Source of the DNA: Burkholderiaceae bacterium
GTDB taxonomy: Bacteria > Pseudomonadota > Gammaproteobacteria > Burkholderiales > Burkholderiaceae_F
Direction of reading: 5' to 3'
Assembly: GCA_035625725.1 (NCBI GenBank)
Contig: DASPPB010000014.1
Coordinates: 3,672-67,671 of the forward strand
Length of the DNA: 64,000 nucleotides
In this document: positions 54,449 to 63,265 of the stretch, one piece after another
Layout: each line of letters starts with the position of its first letter
Position numbering within the stretch: position 1 is the first letter of the stretch
The notes under the pieces: generated by a model
Databases searched by the model: none
Told to the model about the DNA's origin: nothing
Seen by the model: only the letters and a program-made list of their open reading frames with translations
Made by a program: the position numbers and the translations under genes

Positions 54449-55033
54449 TCATGTGCCGTGAACGGCGTCCGGAACTTCCTCTTCCGGCCAAGGATGCTCG
54501 GATTTTCGTTCAAAGATCATGTCCGGCTTGGCCGGCGTAAGAGTCCAGTCGCCGCGCGCAATTTCGGCCTCCAGCTGGCCCGGCAACCAGCCGGAATGGC
54601 CGATGAAAATCCGCAGACCCTCCATCGGTTTGTCCCGGGCCAGGAGCTTGCGCAGCAGCTCCAGATTCGTGCTCACATAAACGCCGTCGAGTACCTGGAT
54701 CGCATGTTCGGGCAGCGTGTCAGCACGAAAAAGAAATGACAAAGTCGCGAGTTGGACAGGACCGCCGAAGTACACCTTGTCTTGCAGTTTCGCAAGGCGC
54801 TCAAGATCGGGAAAGAGGTGCGAGACGGAGATCGGCGTGGGGCGGTTGATGATGACACCGGCCGGCGCAGGACCGATGTTGTTCATCACGAGCACGACCG
54901 AGTCCTTGAAATCGGGATCAGGAAGATCTTCGCGCGCGACCAGGAGGATTGCGGTCAACGGCTTGGTGGTGTCGGCCGATATCGACAACGATATGCCGAA
55001 CAGAATCAAGAACGCGTAAAAGGCTCGGTTCAT
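54449..55033 (-). CDS. YqgE/AlgH (UPF0301) family protein with N-terminal signal peptide
   Basis: ATG 55033. MNRAFYAFLILFGISLSISA looks like a cleavable signal peptide. It is followed by LLVAREDLPDPDFKDSVVLVMNN..AGVIINRP ... VYFGGPV ... RIFIGHSGWLPGQLEAEI..GDW, a full YqgE/AlgH core. Confidence 0.8.
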   Translation of the reverse strand: MNRAFYAFLILFGISLSISADTTKPLTAILLVAREDLPDPDFKDSVVLVMNNIGPAPAGVIINRPTPISVSHLFPDLERLAKLQDKVYFGGPVQLATLSFLFRADTLPEHAIQVLDGVYVSTNLELLRKLLARDKPMEGLRIFIGHSGWLPGQLEAEIARGDWTLTPAKPDMIFERKSEHPWPEEEVPDAVHGT

Positions 55034-55406
55034 GTCCTGCGAAAGGCCTCGACACGGGCCCTGCGCACGAAGCTGGCCGCAAATTCCGTCCGCATTCGGT
55101 GGCGATTGAAGAGGACCCCGAGATTCCGACCCCGACCTTGGCGACAAAGACCGCTTTGGAACCCAGGCAACCACGCTACGCGTTTGGCCTGAGGGGGTCA
55201 AGGAACTCTTTCCGAAGGGAATTTGCTTGCCGGTGCAACGGGGCGACGCGATGCAGAAAGCGGTTGCAGCCTCTCGTGAGCCGTCGTTCCCGCGCTTGCG
55301 CAAAGCACACACGGGGCGCATCATTTCATCGAAAACGTCGACCGCTTATCGCAGGGTCGCCGTGCAACCCCCCGGGGGCGGCACCAACGGTCTTATTTCG
55401 GAGTCA

Positions 55407-56084
55407 ATGCCATTGCGGGCCACCGTGGGCTGCAGTAAATCACGGGTCAACGAAGACTTCCTCCCGGAGGCGGACGTTCGCGAACTCGGAGACCGCCGCG
55501 ACCGGGACGCTCGCCCGTTTCCGAGTAGCCGGGACCCGCTACGGCTATTGACGGGCCCGATTCGCGTATTGTTTTCACTAGTGCTCGCTTTCTTACCAGC
55601 AGCGGCGCATGCCGAGGCGGTCGCGGTCGAAGTTGGTTACGGCCAGGATGTTCGCGTCCAGTCGATCGATCTCGACTTCGATTGGTGTCGCACCTGCGAG
55701 CTGGCTGCACCCGAGCACACTTCGCTCGCTCTGGAGTTCGCTGTAGAAGCGATGCAGGGCCACCGCTCGCAAGAGGCCAACAACAACCTTTTCGCGTTTG
55801 GTGCCATGCCGCTGTTGCGATATGCCTGGCCTAATCGGGAGGGTGCGCTCTTCGTCGAGGACGGGGTGGGCGTGCGCCTGGTGTCCCGAACCCGCCTCTA
55901 TAACGAACGAGTGCTAAGCACCGCATTCCAATTTGGCGAGCTGCTTGGCGTCGGCATGCGATTTTGCCGCCACAACGTGTGCGAAGTTGGCCTTCGCGTG
56001 CAACACATGTCCAATGGCAATATCAAAAGGCCCAACGACGGCGTGACATTCACCGCGATCCGGGTGGCGCTGCACTGGAAGTGA
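55407..56084 (+). CDS. acyloxyacyl hydrolase / lipid A 3-O-deacylase PagL-like outer-membrane protein
   Basis: C-terminal VGLRVQHMSNGNIKRPNDGV contains the HxSNG catalytic His/Ser motif, and the beta-barrel-like sequence ends in an aromatic residue (ALHWK). Signal peptide LFSLVLAFLPAAAHA. The start is uncertain (ATG 55407 or in-frame TTG 55548). Confidence 0.65.
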   Translation: MPLRATVGCSKSRVNEDFLPEADVRELGDRRDRDARPFPSSRDPLRLLTGPIRVLFSLVLAFLPAAAHAEAVAVEVGYGQDVRVQSIDLDFDWCRTCELAAPEHTSLALEFAVEAMQGHRSQEANNNLFAFGAMPLLRYAWPNREGALFVEDGVGVRLVSRTRLYNERVLSTAFQFGELLGVGMRFCRHNVCEVGLRVQHMSNGNIKRPNDGVTFTAIRVALHWK

Positions 56085-56263
56085 CGGCCAACTCGTCGGG
56101 AAGGCAAGGCGCCCCGAGGTTTGCTTCATACAGGACGCCGGCACCCGATTGCCGGCCAGCCACGATCGATTCGCGGCTGCCGAGCTCCGGATCGCTTTGC
56201 GTTGCCACGGGCGCCGGCGAGAGTGGCGGCAAGCCGGTGTCGCGTGCGCTTTGGGCGAAACCA

Positions 56264-57238
56264 TCAGATTCGCGTGCGTGCGGCGACCTCGCGGATGAAC
56301 TGCGCCGTACGGGTCGGCGCCGTGACGGGCAGCATGTGTCCGCCTTCGATGAGCGCAAGCTGCGCGCCCGGCAGCAGGGACCTCAGCGTTTCGCCTTGCC
56401 GCAGGGGACTCAGTACGTTGTCGCTGCGCCCGTACAGGATGCTCACCGGCAGCCGCATCGCGCCGCAACCTTGCACGATTGCAGGCAGGCTCTCGGGAAT
56501 TGCGCCGAGATCGGCGCAGGCCGCAACGAAATGGCTTGGCCGCAGGGCGAGCAGCCCGCCACCGCGCATGGCATAGTCCCGCGGCACCGCTTCAGGACGG
56601 AAGACCAACGCCAGCAGATCCTCGCGTTTGGCGATCAAGATGGGTATGGCAAGGGTCCACGCGATGAGTTGGCACAGCCGCGGTTGAACGATCCTCAACC
56701 CGCGCAATGCCGCGGGGACGTCGCTCGGATGTATGAGTGGCGCCACCAATGCAAGGGCGGCCACGCGCTCCGGATGGCGTTGCGCGAGTGCAAGGGCGAT
56801 TGTGCCGCCCAGCGAATGACCTACGACTATCGCGCGATCGAGCGCGAGCGTCTCAATAAGCGCCGCCAGGGCATCGGCCTGCGCAGATAGCGAAGCGGAG
56901 GCCGTTGGGGCCCGGGCCGAATATCCGGAGCCGGGCCGGTCCACCGCTACCACGTGAAAATCGTCCGCCAGTTCATCGACCAAGGCGTACGTGAAATTGC
57001 CCAGCTGACCGCCAAGGCCATGCACGAGCAGTAGGGCCGGGCCGTGCCCGCGCTCTACCACGTGCAGGAGCGCGCCGGGTACGTCGACGAACCGGCCAGC
57101 GGGAGGCAGCGCCGCTTCGACCCTGCGGACCGTACGCAGGGTAAGTAGCGCGAGTGCTGCGGCGAGGCCAACGACAAGCAGCAGCACAAGCAGGGCAACC
57201 GAAACGGCGGTGGACATCAATGGGACCCCAACGGGCAT
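56264..57238 (-). CDS. membrane-anchored alpha/beta hydrolase
   Basis: N-terminal TM helix (VALLVLLLVVGLAAALALL), HGLGG oxyanion region and nucleophile elbow GHSLGG. Confidence 0.8.
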   Translation of the reverse strand: MPVGVPLMSTAVSVALLVLLLVVGLAAALALLTLRTVRRVEAALPPAGRFVDVPGALLHVVERGHGPALLLVHGLGGQLGNFTYALVDELADDFHVVAVDRPGSGYSARAPTASASLSAQADALAALIETLALDRAIVVGHSLGGTIALALAQRHPERVAALALVAPLIHPSDVPAALRGLRIVQPRLCQLIAWTLAIPILIAKREDLLALVFRPEAVPRDYAMRGGGLLALRPSHFVAACADLGAIPESLPAIVQGCGAMRLPVSILYGRSDNVLSPLRQGETLRSLLPGAQLALIEGGHMLPVTAPTRTAQFIREVAARTRI

Positions 57239-57715
57239 GAGCCGTAGCTAGGAGAAGTGCGGACGAGAACGGACCAACGACTTGTCACAAGCCGTTACTC
57301 GATCGGGCTTTGCGCCTCGGTTGCATTCTCGCGCGGATGCGCTCGCCGAGCGGCCTTCCTTCGGCGTCGATGCTGCGGGCCGAGCAACATCCGCGGAATC
57401 GGCGCCATGAAAACGAGCCCGGCGACCCACCGGGCACGCGCGAGCGATAATGTCCACCGTGACGCTGCGGCAGGTGCGGATCGGTGCTTGTTCGCCGGCC
57501 TCCGACGACGGCCGCATGCTGCGGTCGTGGGGGGCCCGATTTTTGGTGGTCGGCAATTCGGTATCGAGGGCCCGCGTAGTCTCGAGCGTCTGCTCGCGCA
57601 CGCAGCAAAGCCGGTCACGAGCGAGTCCGGCGAGTAGCGGCGCCTGCGCGACTTTGACGCAGCGCGCTGGCAAGGCCCCGCCGATTACGGCGTCGAGGAG
57701 GAGTCAACCATACCC

Positions 57716-59050
57716 ATGGCCAATCCGTCCAGCAGCCCTGAGATCTCCTCCGTGCGCCGCGTCGTCGTTGCGAGCCTCGTCGGCACGTCGCTTGAGTGGT
57801 ACGACTTTTTCATCTACGGCACGGCCGCCGCACTGGTCTTTAACCAGTTGTTCTTTCCGAGTTTCGAGCCGCTCGTCGGCACGCTGCTCGCCTTTACAAC
57901 GTATGCCGTCGGATTCGTCTCGCGGCCGCTCGGCGGAATCATCTTCGGGCACTACGGCGATCGGATCGGCCGCAAGAACGTGCTGGTTGTCACGCTGCTG
58001 CTGATGGGCATCGCCACGTTCGTCATCGGGCTGCTGCCGACGTATGCAATGCTCGGCGTCTGGGCGCCCGTTTTGCTGGTCGTGCTGCGCTTTCTCCAGG
58101 GGCTTGGGCTCGGTGGCGAATGGGGCGGCGCCGTGCTGATGGCGCTCGAGTCGGGCGCGCGCAACCGTCGCGGAGTCAATGCCAGTTGGCCCCAGGTCGG
58201 CGTGCCGATCGGCCTGCTTCTGGCAAATGGCGTCTTGTCGCTGATGGGCGCCGTTACCTCGGATGCCGAGTTCAAATCCTGGGGCTGGCGGGTACCATTT
58301 CTTCTCAGCGGCGTGCTCGTCGTCTTTGGCATCTGGATCCGTAGGACAATCGCAGAGAGCCCGCTGTTTCGCGAGCTCGCCACAGGGCGCACCGAGGTGC
58401 GTGCGCCAGCGCTGGAGGTGCTTCAGCACTATCCGAAGCAGGTTTTGTTGGCCATTGGCGCGCGCGTAGGCGTCGACGTTGCCTTTTACACCTTCGTCTT
58501 GTTCATCGCCACCTATGTCGCCACGTTCCTGAAGCTGCCTCGCGGCTATGCGCTCAACGCGGTGCTGATCGCGGCAGCTTGCCAGGTGGGGGCGATTCCA
58601 GCCTTCGGCGTGCTCTCCGACCGCTACGGGCGCCGGCCGATCTACCTGCTGGGTGCGATTGGCGCGGCGATATGGGTCTTCGTCTTCTTCGCACTGCTCG
58701 ATACGGGCAATTTCACACTGATCGTCCTGGCGACAGTCATTGCGCTACTCCTGCATGCCGCGATGTACGGCCCGCAGGCCTCCTTCATAGCCGAGATGTT
58801 CCCGACCCGGGTGCGCTACAGCGGCGCGTCGATGGGCTACCAGCTCGCGGGCATACTTGGCGGCGCGCTCGCACCAATCGTCTCGGTCGCGCTGCTCGGC
58901 CGCTACGGTTCCTCGCTCGTGGTGTCCCTCTATGTGCTCGCCATGCTCACGGTCACCACGCTGTGCGTGCTTGCCGCGGAGGAAACCTCGCGCAGGGACT
59001 TGCACACGGACCCCATTGACCCAGGCGGGCGCTCGGCGCGGGCTTCGTGA
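57716..59050 (+). CDS. MFS transporter, metabolite:H+ symporter (MHS) family
   Basis: LVGTSLEWYDFFIYGTAAALVF and GRKNVLVVTLLLMG are typical of ProP/KgtP/ShiA-type MHS transporters. 444 aa. Confidence 0.85.
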   Translation: MANPSSSPEISSVRRVVVASLVGTSLEWYDFFIYGTAAALVFNQLFFPSFEPLVGTLLAFTTYAVGFVSRPLGGIIFGHYGDRIGRKNVLVVTLLLMGIATFVIGLLPTYAMLGVWAPVLLVVLRFLQGLGLGGEWGGAVLMALESGARNRRGVNASWPQVGVPIGLLLANGVLSLMGAVTSDAEFKSWGWRVPFLLSGVLVVFGIWIRRTIAESPLFRELATGRTEVRAPALEVLQHYPKQVLLAIGARVGVDVAFYTFVLFIATYVATFLKLPRGYALNAVLIAAACQVGAIPAFGVLSDRYGRRPIYLLGAIGAAIWVFVFFALLDTGNFTLIVLATVIALLLHAAMYGPQASFIAEMFPTRVRYSGASMGYQLAGILGGALAPIVSVALLGRYGSSLVVSLYVLAMLTVTTLCVLAAEETSRRDLHTDPIDPGGRSARAS

Positions 59051-59760
59051 TGCGTGTCAAAGCCGGAACCTGGCGTATGGCGCCGCTTGGCGATCGCGCG
59101 ATGATCATCGAGTTCGGGCAGCACGTCGATGCCGATACCAACGCACGCGTGCTGGCGGTCGCGCAAGCCATTTTGCGCGCTCCCTTGCCGGGCGTTACCG
59201 ACGTCGTGCCCGCGTACGCAACCCTTGGCCTGCACTACCGCCCCGAGGCTCTTGATGGCCCCTCACCCTATGAGACCCTGCGCCGGCGGGTCGAGGTGCT
59301 TCTGGCCCAGGAGATCGAGTCGAGCAAGACGGCGGCACGCCTCGTCGAGATACCGGTTCACTACGGCGGCGAATGGGGGCCCGATCTCGAGGTAGTCGCG
59401 CAGGCGTGCAAACTCACGCCGGACGAAGTGATCGCACGGCACGCGGCTCCGATCCACCGTGTATGCATGCTGGGCTTCGCGCCGGGGTTTCCTTACCTTG
59501 CAGGCCTTGACCCCCGCCTCGCAGTGCCACGGCGCGCCACGCCGCGCACCGCCGTGCCGGCGGGCAGCGTGGCGATCGCGCGCGACCAAAGCGCCATCTA
59601 CCCGTTGGACATACCGGGAGGATGGAATCTGATCGGGCGCACACCCGTGCGCCTGTTCGACCCGACGGCGCAGCCGCCATGCTTGCTTGCGCCCGGTGAC
59701 GAAGTGCGTTTTGTGCCGATTTCTGCAGCGGAGTATCGCGCGTTGGAAGGTCGCAAATGA
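59050..59760 (+). CDS. pxpB: 5-oxoprolinase subunit B (KipI/allophanate hydrolase subunit 1 family)
   Basis: ATG 59050 overlaps the MFS stop (TGATG). The sequence is colinear with PxpB/KipI (VVPAYATLGLHY ... GFAPGFPYL ... GGWNLIGRTP). Confidence 0.85.
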   Translation: MRVKAGTWRMAPLGDRAMIIEFGQHVDADTNARVLAVAQAILRAPLPGVTDVVPAYATLGLHYRPEALDGPSPYETLRRRVEVLLAQEIESSKTAARLVEIPVHYGGEWGPDLEVVAQACKLTPDEVIARHAAPIHRVCMLGFAPGFPYLAGLDPRLAVPRRATPRTAVPAGSVAIARDQSAIYPLDIPGGWNLIGRTPVRLFDPTAQPPCLLAPGDEVRFVPISAAEYRALEGRK

Positions 59761-60764
59761 CCATCGAGGTCGTCAAGCCCGGCGCGCTCTCGACGCTGCA
59801 GGACCTCGGACGAAACGGGTTTCAGCATTTAGGCGTCCCGGTGGGGGGCGTCATGGACGAACGGTCGCATCGAGTCGCCAACTTGCTCGTTGATAATTCA
59901 GAGCGCGAGGCGACACTCGAAATCACGCTGTTGGGTCCGAGTCTACTGTTCCACACGGTTGCATTGATCGCGATCGCTGGCGCCGATTTATCTGCGCGCA
60001 TCGGCGAACACCTTGTTCCCGGGCACACGCCGGTGCTGGTGCGCGCGGGCAGTCGGCTCGACTTCGGGAGTCGAGTCGCGGGTGTGCGCGCATATCTCGC
60101 GGTTCATGGTGGCTTCGCGGTCCCGCCCGTCATGCACAGCAAGTCGACCTACCTGCGGGGCGGGTTCGGTGGCGTTCAGGGCCGCGCGTTGCGCAGGGGC
60201 GACGTGCTCGAGCTTGTGTCGGCCGACGCCGAGCGCGTGTATCCGAGGCTCGCGCGCACGTTGCGCGCGAGCCCGCTGTCGTTTGCCGCGCTCGGGAATC
60301 GACCGCAGCTGCCGGATGCGCCCATCCATGCTTCGGAGACGGCGGTACGGGTGATCGCAGGAGGGCAATGGCGGGCGTTTACAGCGGAGGCCCAGCGGCA
60401 CTTTCGGGAGGCGCCGTTTCGCCTAACCCCGCAATCGGATCGCATGGGATTCCGGCTCGAGGGGCCCAGGCTTGGGTTGCGCGAACCCACAGAAATGATT
60501 TCCGAAGCCGTCGCCTTCGGCACAGTGCAGGTGCCGCCGGACGGAAACCCGATTGTTCTGATGGCGGACCGGCAGACGATCGGCGGCTACCCGAAGATCG
60601 CGAGCGTGGCAAGCGTGGATCTGCCGGTGCTTGCGCAACGCATGGCTGCGCAGGACGTGCGCTTTTCGCTGACCTCACTCGAGGAGGCGCAGCGACTCTA
60701 CCTTGCGCGGGAACGGACGATGGCAGACTTTGCAGCACAGTTAAAAGGGCTGCAAGGGAGTTGA
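59757..60764 (+). CDS. pxpC: 5-oxoprolinase subunit C (KipA/allophanate hydrolase subunit 2 family)
   Basis: ATGA overlap with pxp[23 protein letters not shown] ... [14 protein letters not shown] is typical of PxpC. Confidence 0.85.
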   Translation: MTIEVVKPGALSTLQDLGRNGFQHLGVPVGGVMDERSHRVANLLVDNSEREATLEITLLGPSLLFHTVALIAIAGADLSARIGEHLVPGHTPVLVRAGSRLDFGSRVAGVRAYLAVHGGFAVPPVMHSKSTYLRGGFGGVQGRALRRGDVLELVSADAERVYPRLARTLRASPLSFAALGNRPQLPDAPIHASETAVRVIAGGQWRAFTAEAQRHFREAPFRLTPQSDRMGFRLEGPRLGLREPTEMISEAVAFGTVQVPPDGNPIVLMADRQTIGGYPKIASVASVDLPVLAQRMAAQDVRFSLTSLEEAQRLYLARERTMADFAAQLKGLQGS

Positions 60765-60766
60765 CG

Positions 60767-61537
60767 ATGGCGCGGATCGACCTAAATTGCGATATGGGCG
60801 AAAGCTTCGGTGCCTGGCAGATGGGCAACGACCTTGAGATTCTCGACTATGTCACGTCGGCAAATATCGCTTGCGGATTCCATGCCGGTGACCCCGCGAC
60901 CATGCACAAGACGGTCGAGGCGGCGCTCGCCAAGGGCGTCGCCGTCGGGGCCCATCCGGGACTGCCCGACCTGCCCGGCTTCGGACGCCGCCCGATGGCG
61001 CTTTCGCCAGGCGAAGCCTATGACATCGTCGTCTATCAGGTCGGCGCCCTCGCCGGGTTTGCAAAGGCCCTGGGCGGGAAGCTCTCGCACGTGAAGGCGC
61101 ATGGCGCGCTATACAACATGGCGGCGATGGACCTCGAACTGTCGGCGGCCATCGCCCGCGCGGTGCGCGACGTCGATTGCGAACTGGTGCTCTTCGGTCT
61201 TGCGGGAAGTGAGACCATACGGGCGGCCGAAAGTGCCGGCCTGCGCGCCGCGGCCGAGGTGTTTGCGGACCGCACTTACCGCGACGACGGATCGCTCACG
61301 CCGCGGAGCTGTCCCGATGCCCTGATCGAGGACGCAGATGCGGCCGTGAATCAGGCAAAGCGTCTGGTAATCGAAGGCCGCGTTTGGTCAACCACCGGCA
61401 AGGACGTCCACGTCCGGGCCGACACGCTTTGCATCCATGGCGACCAGGCCGGCGCGCTGCTGTTCGTGAAGCGCATCCGAACGGAACTCGAGCGCGAAGG
61501 CGTGGCGATATCCGCGTTACGCAATGCGCCCTTCTGA
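60767..61537 (+). CDS. pxpA: 5-oxoprolinase subunit A (LamB/YcsF family)
   Basis: From ATG 60767: [43 protein letters not shown], the LamB/YcsF hallmark. Confidence 0.9.
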   Translation: MARIDLNCDMGESFGAWQMGNDLEILDYVTSANIACGFHAGDPATMHKTVEAALAKGVAVGAHPGLPDLPGFGRRPMALSPGEAYDIVVYQVGALAGFAKALGGKLSHVKAHGALYNMAAMDLELSAAIARAVRDVDCELVLFGLAGSETIRAAESAGLRAAAEVFADRTYRDDGSLTPRSCPDALIEDADAAVNQAKRLVIEGRVWSTTGKDVHVRADTLCIHGDQAGALLFVKRIRTELEREGVAISALRNAPF

Positions 61538-61778
61538 GTGGCCGGCCGCCGGCGACCGAGTGCGCGGAACGCGGCGCCGGGCGTGTCGTGCACGTACCGC
61601 TTGTCCACCCGACGTCAGGGGTGCGCGCGGCGCCCTTCACTGCGGCGCTCGCGCATCCGCGCGCATTCCTTTTCTTCGGCCAGAGGCGCGCCCCCACACA
61701 ATCGTGCCTCGTTACGATCTTGCCAGTCGATCTGCCTGACGCTCGACGCAAGCAAGGCGCATGGGGCCCGGACCCGAT

Positions 61779-62357
61779 TCAGCGGGCCTCGTAGCTGAAG
61801 CGGGGCGTCCAGTTGCCCCGCCCCCCGGGCAGCAACTCGAGAAAATGCCACAGGCTGCAGAAGTCGTCGCCGGGGCCGAATCCGGAATCGGAAACGCGCA
61901 CGATGCGGTCGCCTTCCCGCTGAAACACAGACACACCGGGCAGCCAGTTGCCGTTGACGGAGCGATATCCCATGTCCTCGGCAAACCGGGTGCCCGCGTG
62001 GCTGACCATCGGGAACCGCCAGCCTCGAGCCTTCGCGAAACGCTGCTGCGCCTCCGGGGAGTCCGGACTCGAAACGACGAAGGCGGCGCGATCGGCCAGA
62101 TGGTGATAAATGCCGTTGTAGCCGTCGGCCCACAGTGTGCAGTACGGACAGCTCGCCCCCATGTTGTGGATGAGGAAGAGATCCTTCTTGCTGCCGAAGA
62201 GCTCCGAGAGCCGAACCTCGCCCGCGCTCGTTGCAAACCGATAGTTCTGAGTCGCCTGTGGCTCGACGCTCGCCTGCACCGAACGCATTTCTTCGCGCGT
62301 CTGGGCGATGCGCTGGCGAAGCTCGTCCAGACGTTTCTTGGCATCGACATAGTTCAT
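61779..62357 (-). CDS. DUF899 thioredoxin-like protein
   Basis: ATG 62357 has an AGGAGG SD. LFLIHNMGASCPYCTLWADG is the DUF899 Cys-x-x-Cys block. ATGA overlap with the upstream ArsR gene. Confidence 0.8.
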   Translation of the reverse strand: MNYVDAKKRLDELRQRIAQTREEMRSVQASVEPQATQNYRFATSAGEVRLSELFGSKKDLFLIHNMGASCPYCTLWADGYNGIYHHLADRAAFVVSSPDSPEAQQRFAKARGWRFPMVSHAGTRFAEDMGYRSVNGNWLPGVSVFQREGDRIVRVSDSGFGPGDDFCSLWHFLELLPGGRGNWTPRFSYEAR

Positions 62358-62806
62358 CGCACGTTCCTCCTGTGTCCGCTTTTTTGCCGGGTTCGCGCCC
62401 GGCCGCTGACGCGACGCCGCTCGATCTCGTCCAGCCAGCCGGCCAGCGTGTCGAACTGGGCCTGCCAATACTTGCTGTAGCGATTGATCCAGACCGCGGC
62501 CGCAAAAATCGGGCCCACCGAAATACTGCAGCGGCTGATGCGCCCGCTGCGGGCCTGCTGCACCAGGCCGGCCCGCACCAGCACCTGAATGTGGCGAGAG
62601 ACTGCCTGTAACGATATGTCAAAGGGAGCCGCTAGCTCCGAGACCAACAACTCGTGTTCGCCAAGTCGTTCGAGGATCGCGCGGCGAACCGGATCGCTGA
62701 GCGCGAAGAACACACGATCCAGTAAGTCCTCCTTGGACTGTTTCTGGCTCGCGGCCTCCTCGGTGACGACCCGCAGGGCGGACGAATGGACATTGCTCAC
62801 GTTCAC
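62354..62806 (-). CDS. ArsR/SmtB family transcriptional regulator
   Basis: The winged-HTH core is FFALSDPVRRAILERLGEHELLVSELAAPFDISLQAVSRHIQVLVRAGLV. GTG start. Confidence 0.85.
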   Translation of the reverse strand: MNVSNVHSSALRVVTEEAASQKQSKEDLLDRVFFALSDPVRRAILERLGEHELLVSELAAPFDISLQAVSRHIQVLVRAGLVQQARSGRISRCSISVGPIFAAAVWINRYSKYWQAQFDTLAGWLDEIERRRVSGRARTRQKSGHRRNVR

Positions 62807-62812
62807 AGAATA

Positions 62813-62828
62813 TCAACCAGATGGTTGA
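62813..62828. promoter_or_regulatory. perfect 6-4-6 palindrome, candidate ArsR operator
   Basis: TCAACC-AGAT-GGTTGA starts 7 nt upstream of the ArsR GTG start. Confidence 0.55.
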
Positions 62829-63265
62829 ATGTCAACAGATCGGATGAGTATCGTTGCGCCCTGGGGCAGTGCCGGCGTCGAGGCGGGCGGCGCGGCATCC
62901 CGGCGCCAGCGCAAGAGCAAACCTTGGCCTGCGTGCGCCGAGTCGTTGCCCCAGAACGTTCGGTCGATCCGTCTCGGCGGTGATGGATTGAGCCCGCGCA
63001 AAAGTAGATCGGGCGGTTTGCAGCTGGCAGGGTGTCGGGTTTTGGGGAGCCTCGCGGCACCGATTGCGGTCGCTCCGAAGCGTCACGTTGCGCTAGCAGA
63101 GAAGAAAGGCGAAACTTGGCAGCGGTGATCCTGCCGGCGAGCGTGCGAGCAGGGGGTGTTGGGCAAAAGGGCGGGATTGGCCGCGCCTGCCGACCGCCGA
63201 CGCTGGGCGCAAGCACGCGCTCGTCTGGTTAGCGAGGCCCGCGCGCTCGACGGGAGGAGACCAAT

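Noticed and set aside
61615-61750. Small Cys-containing minus-strand reading frame after DUF899 (…RLCGGAPLAEEKECARMRERRSEG…) vaguely like a DUF1289-type Fe-S/zinc peptide
   Set aside because: There is no ATG (only a TTG), the CxxC spacing does not match and the frame is Arg-rich. It is more likely the open antisense or intergenic frame.
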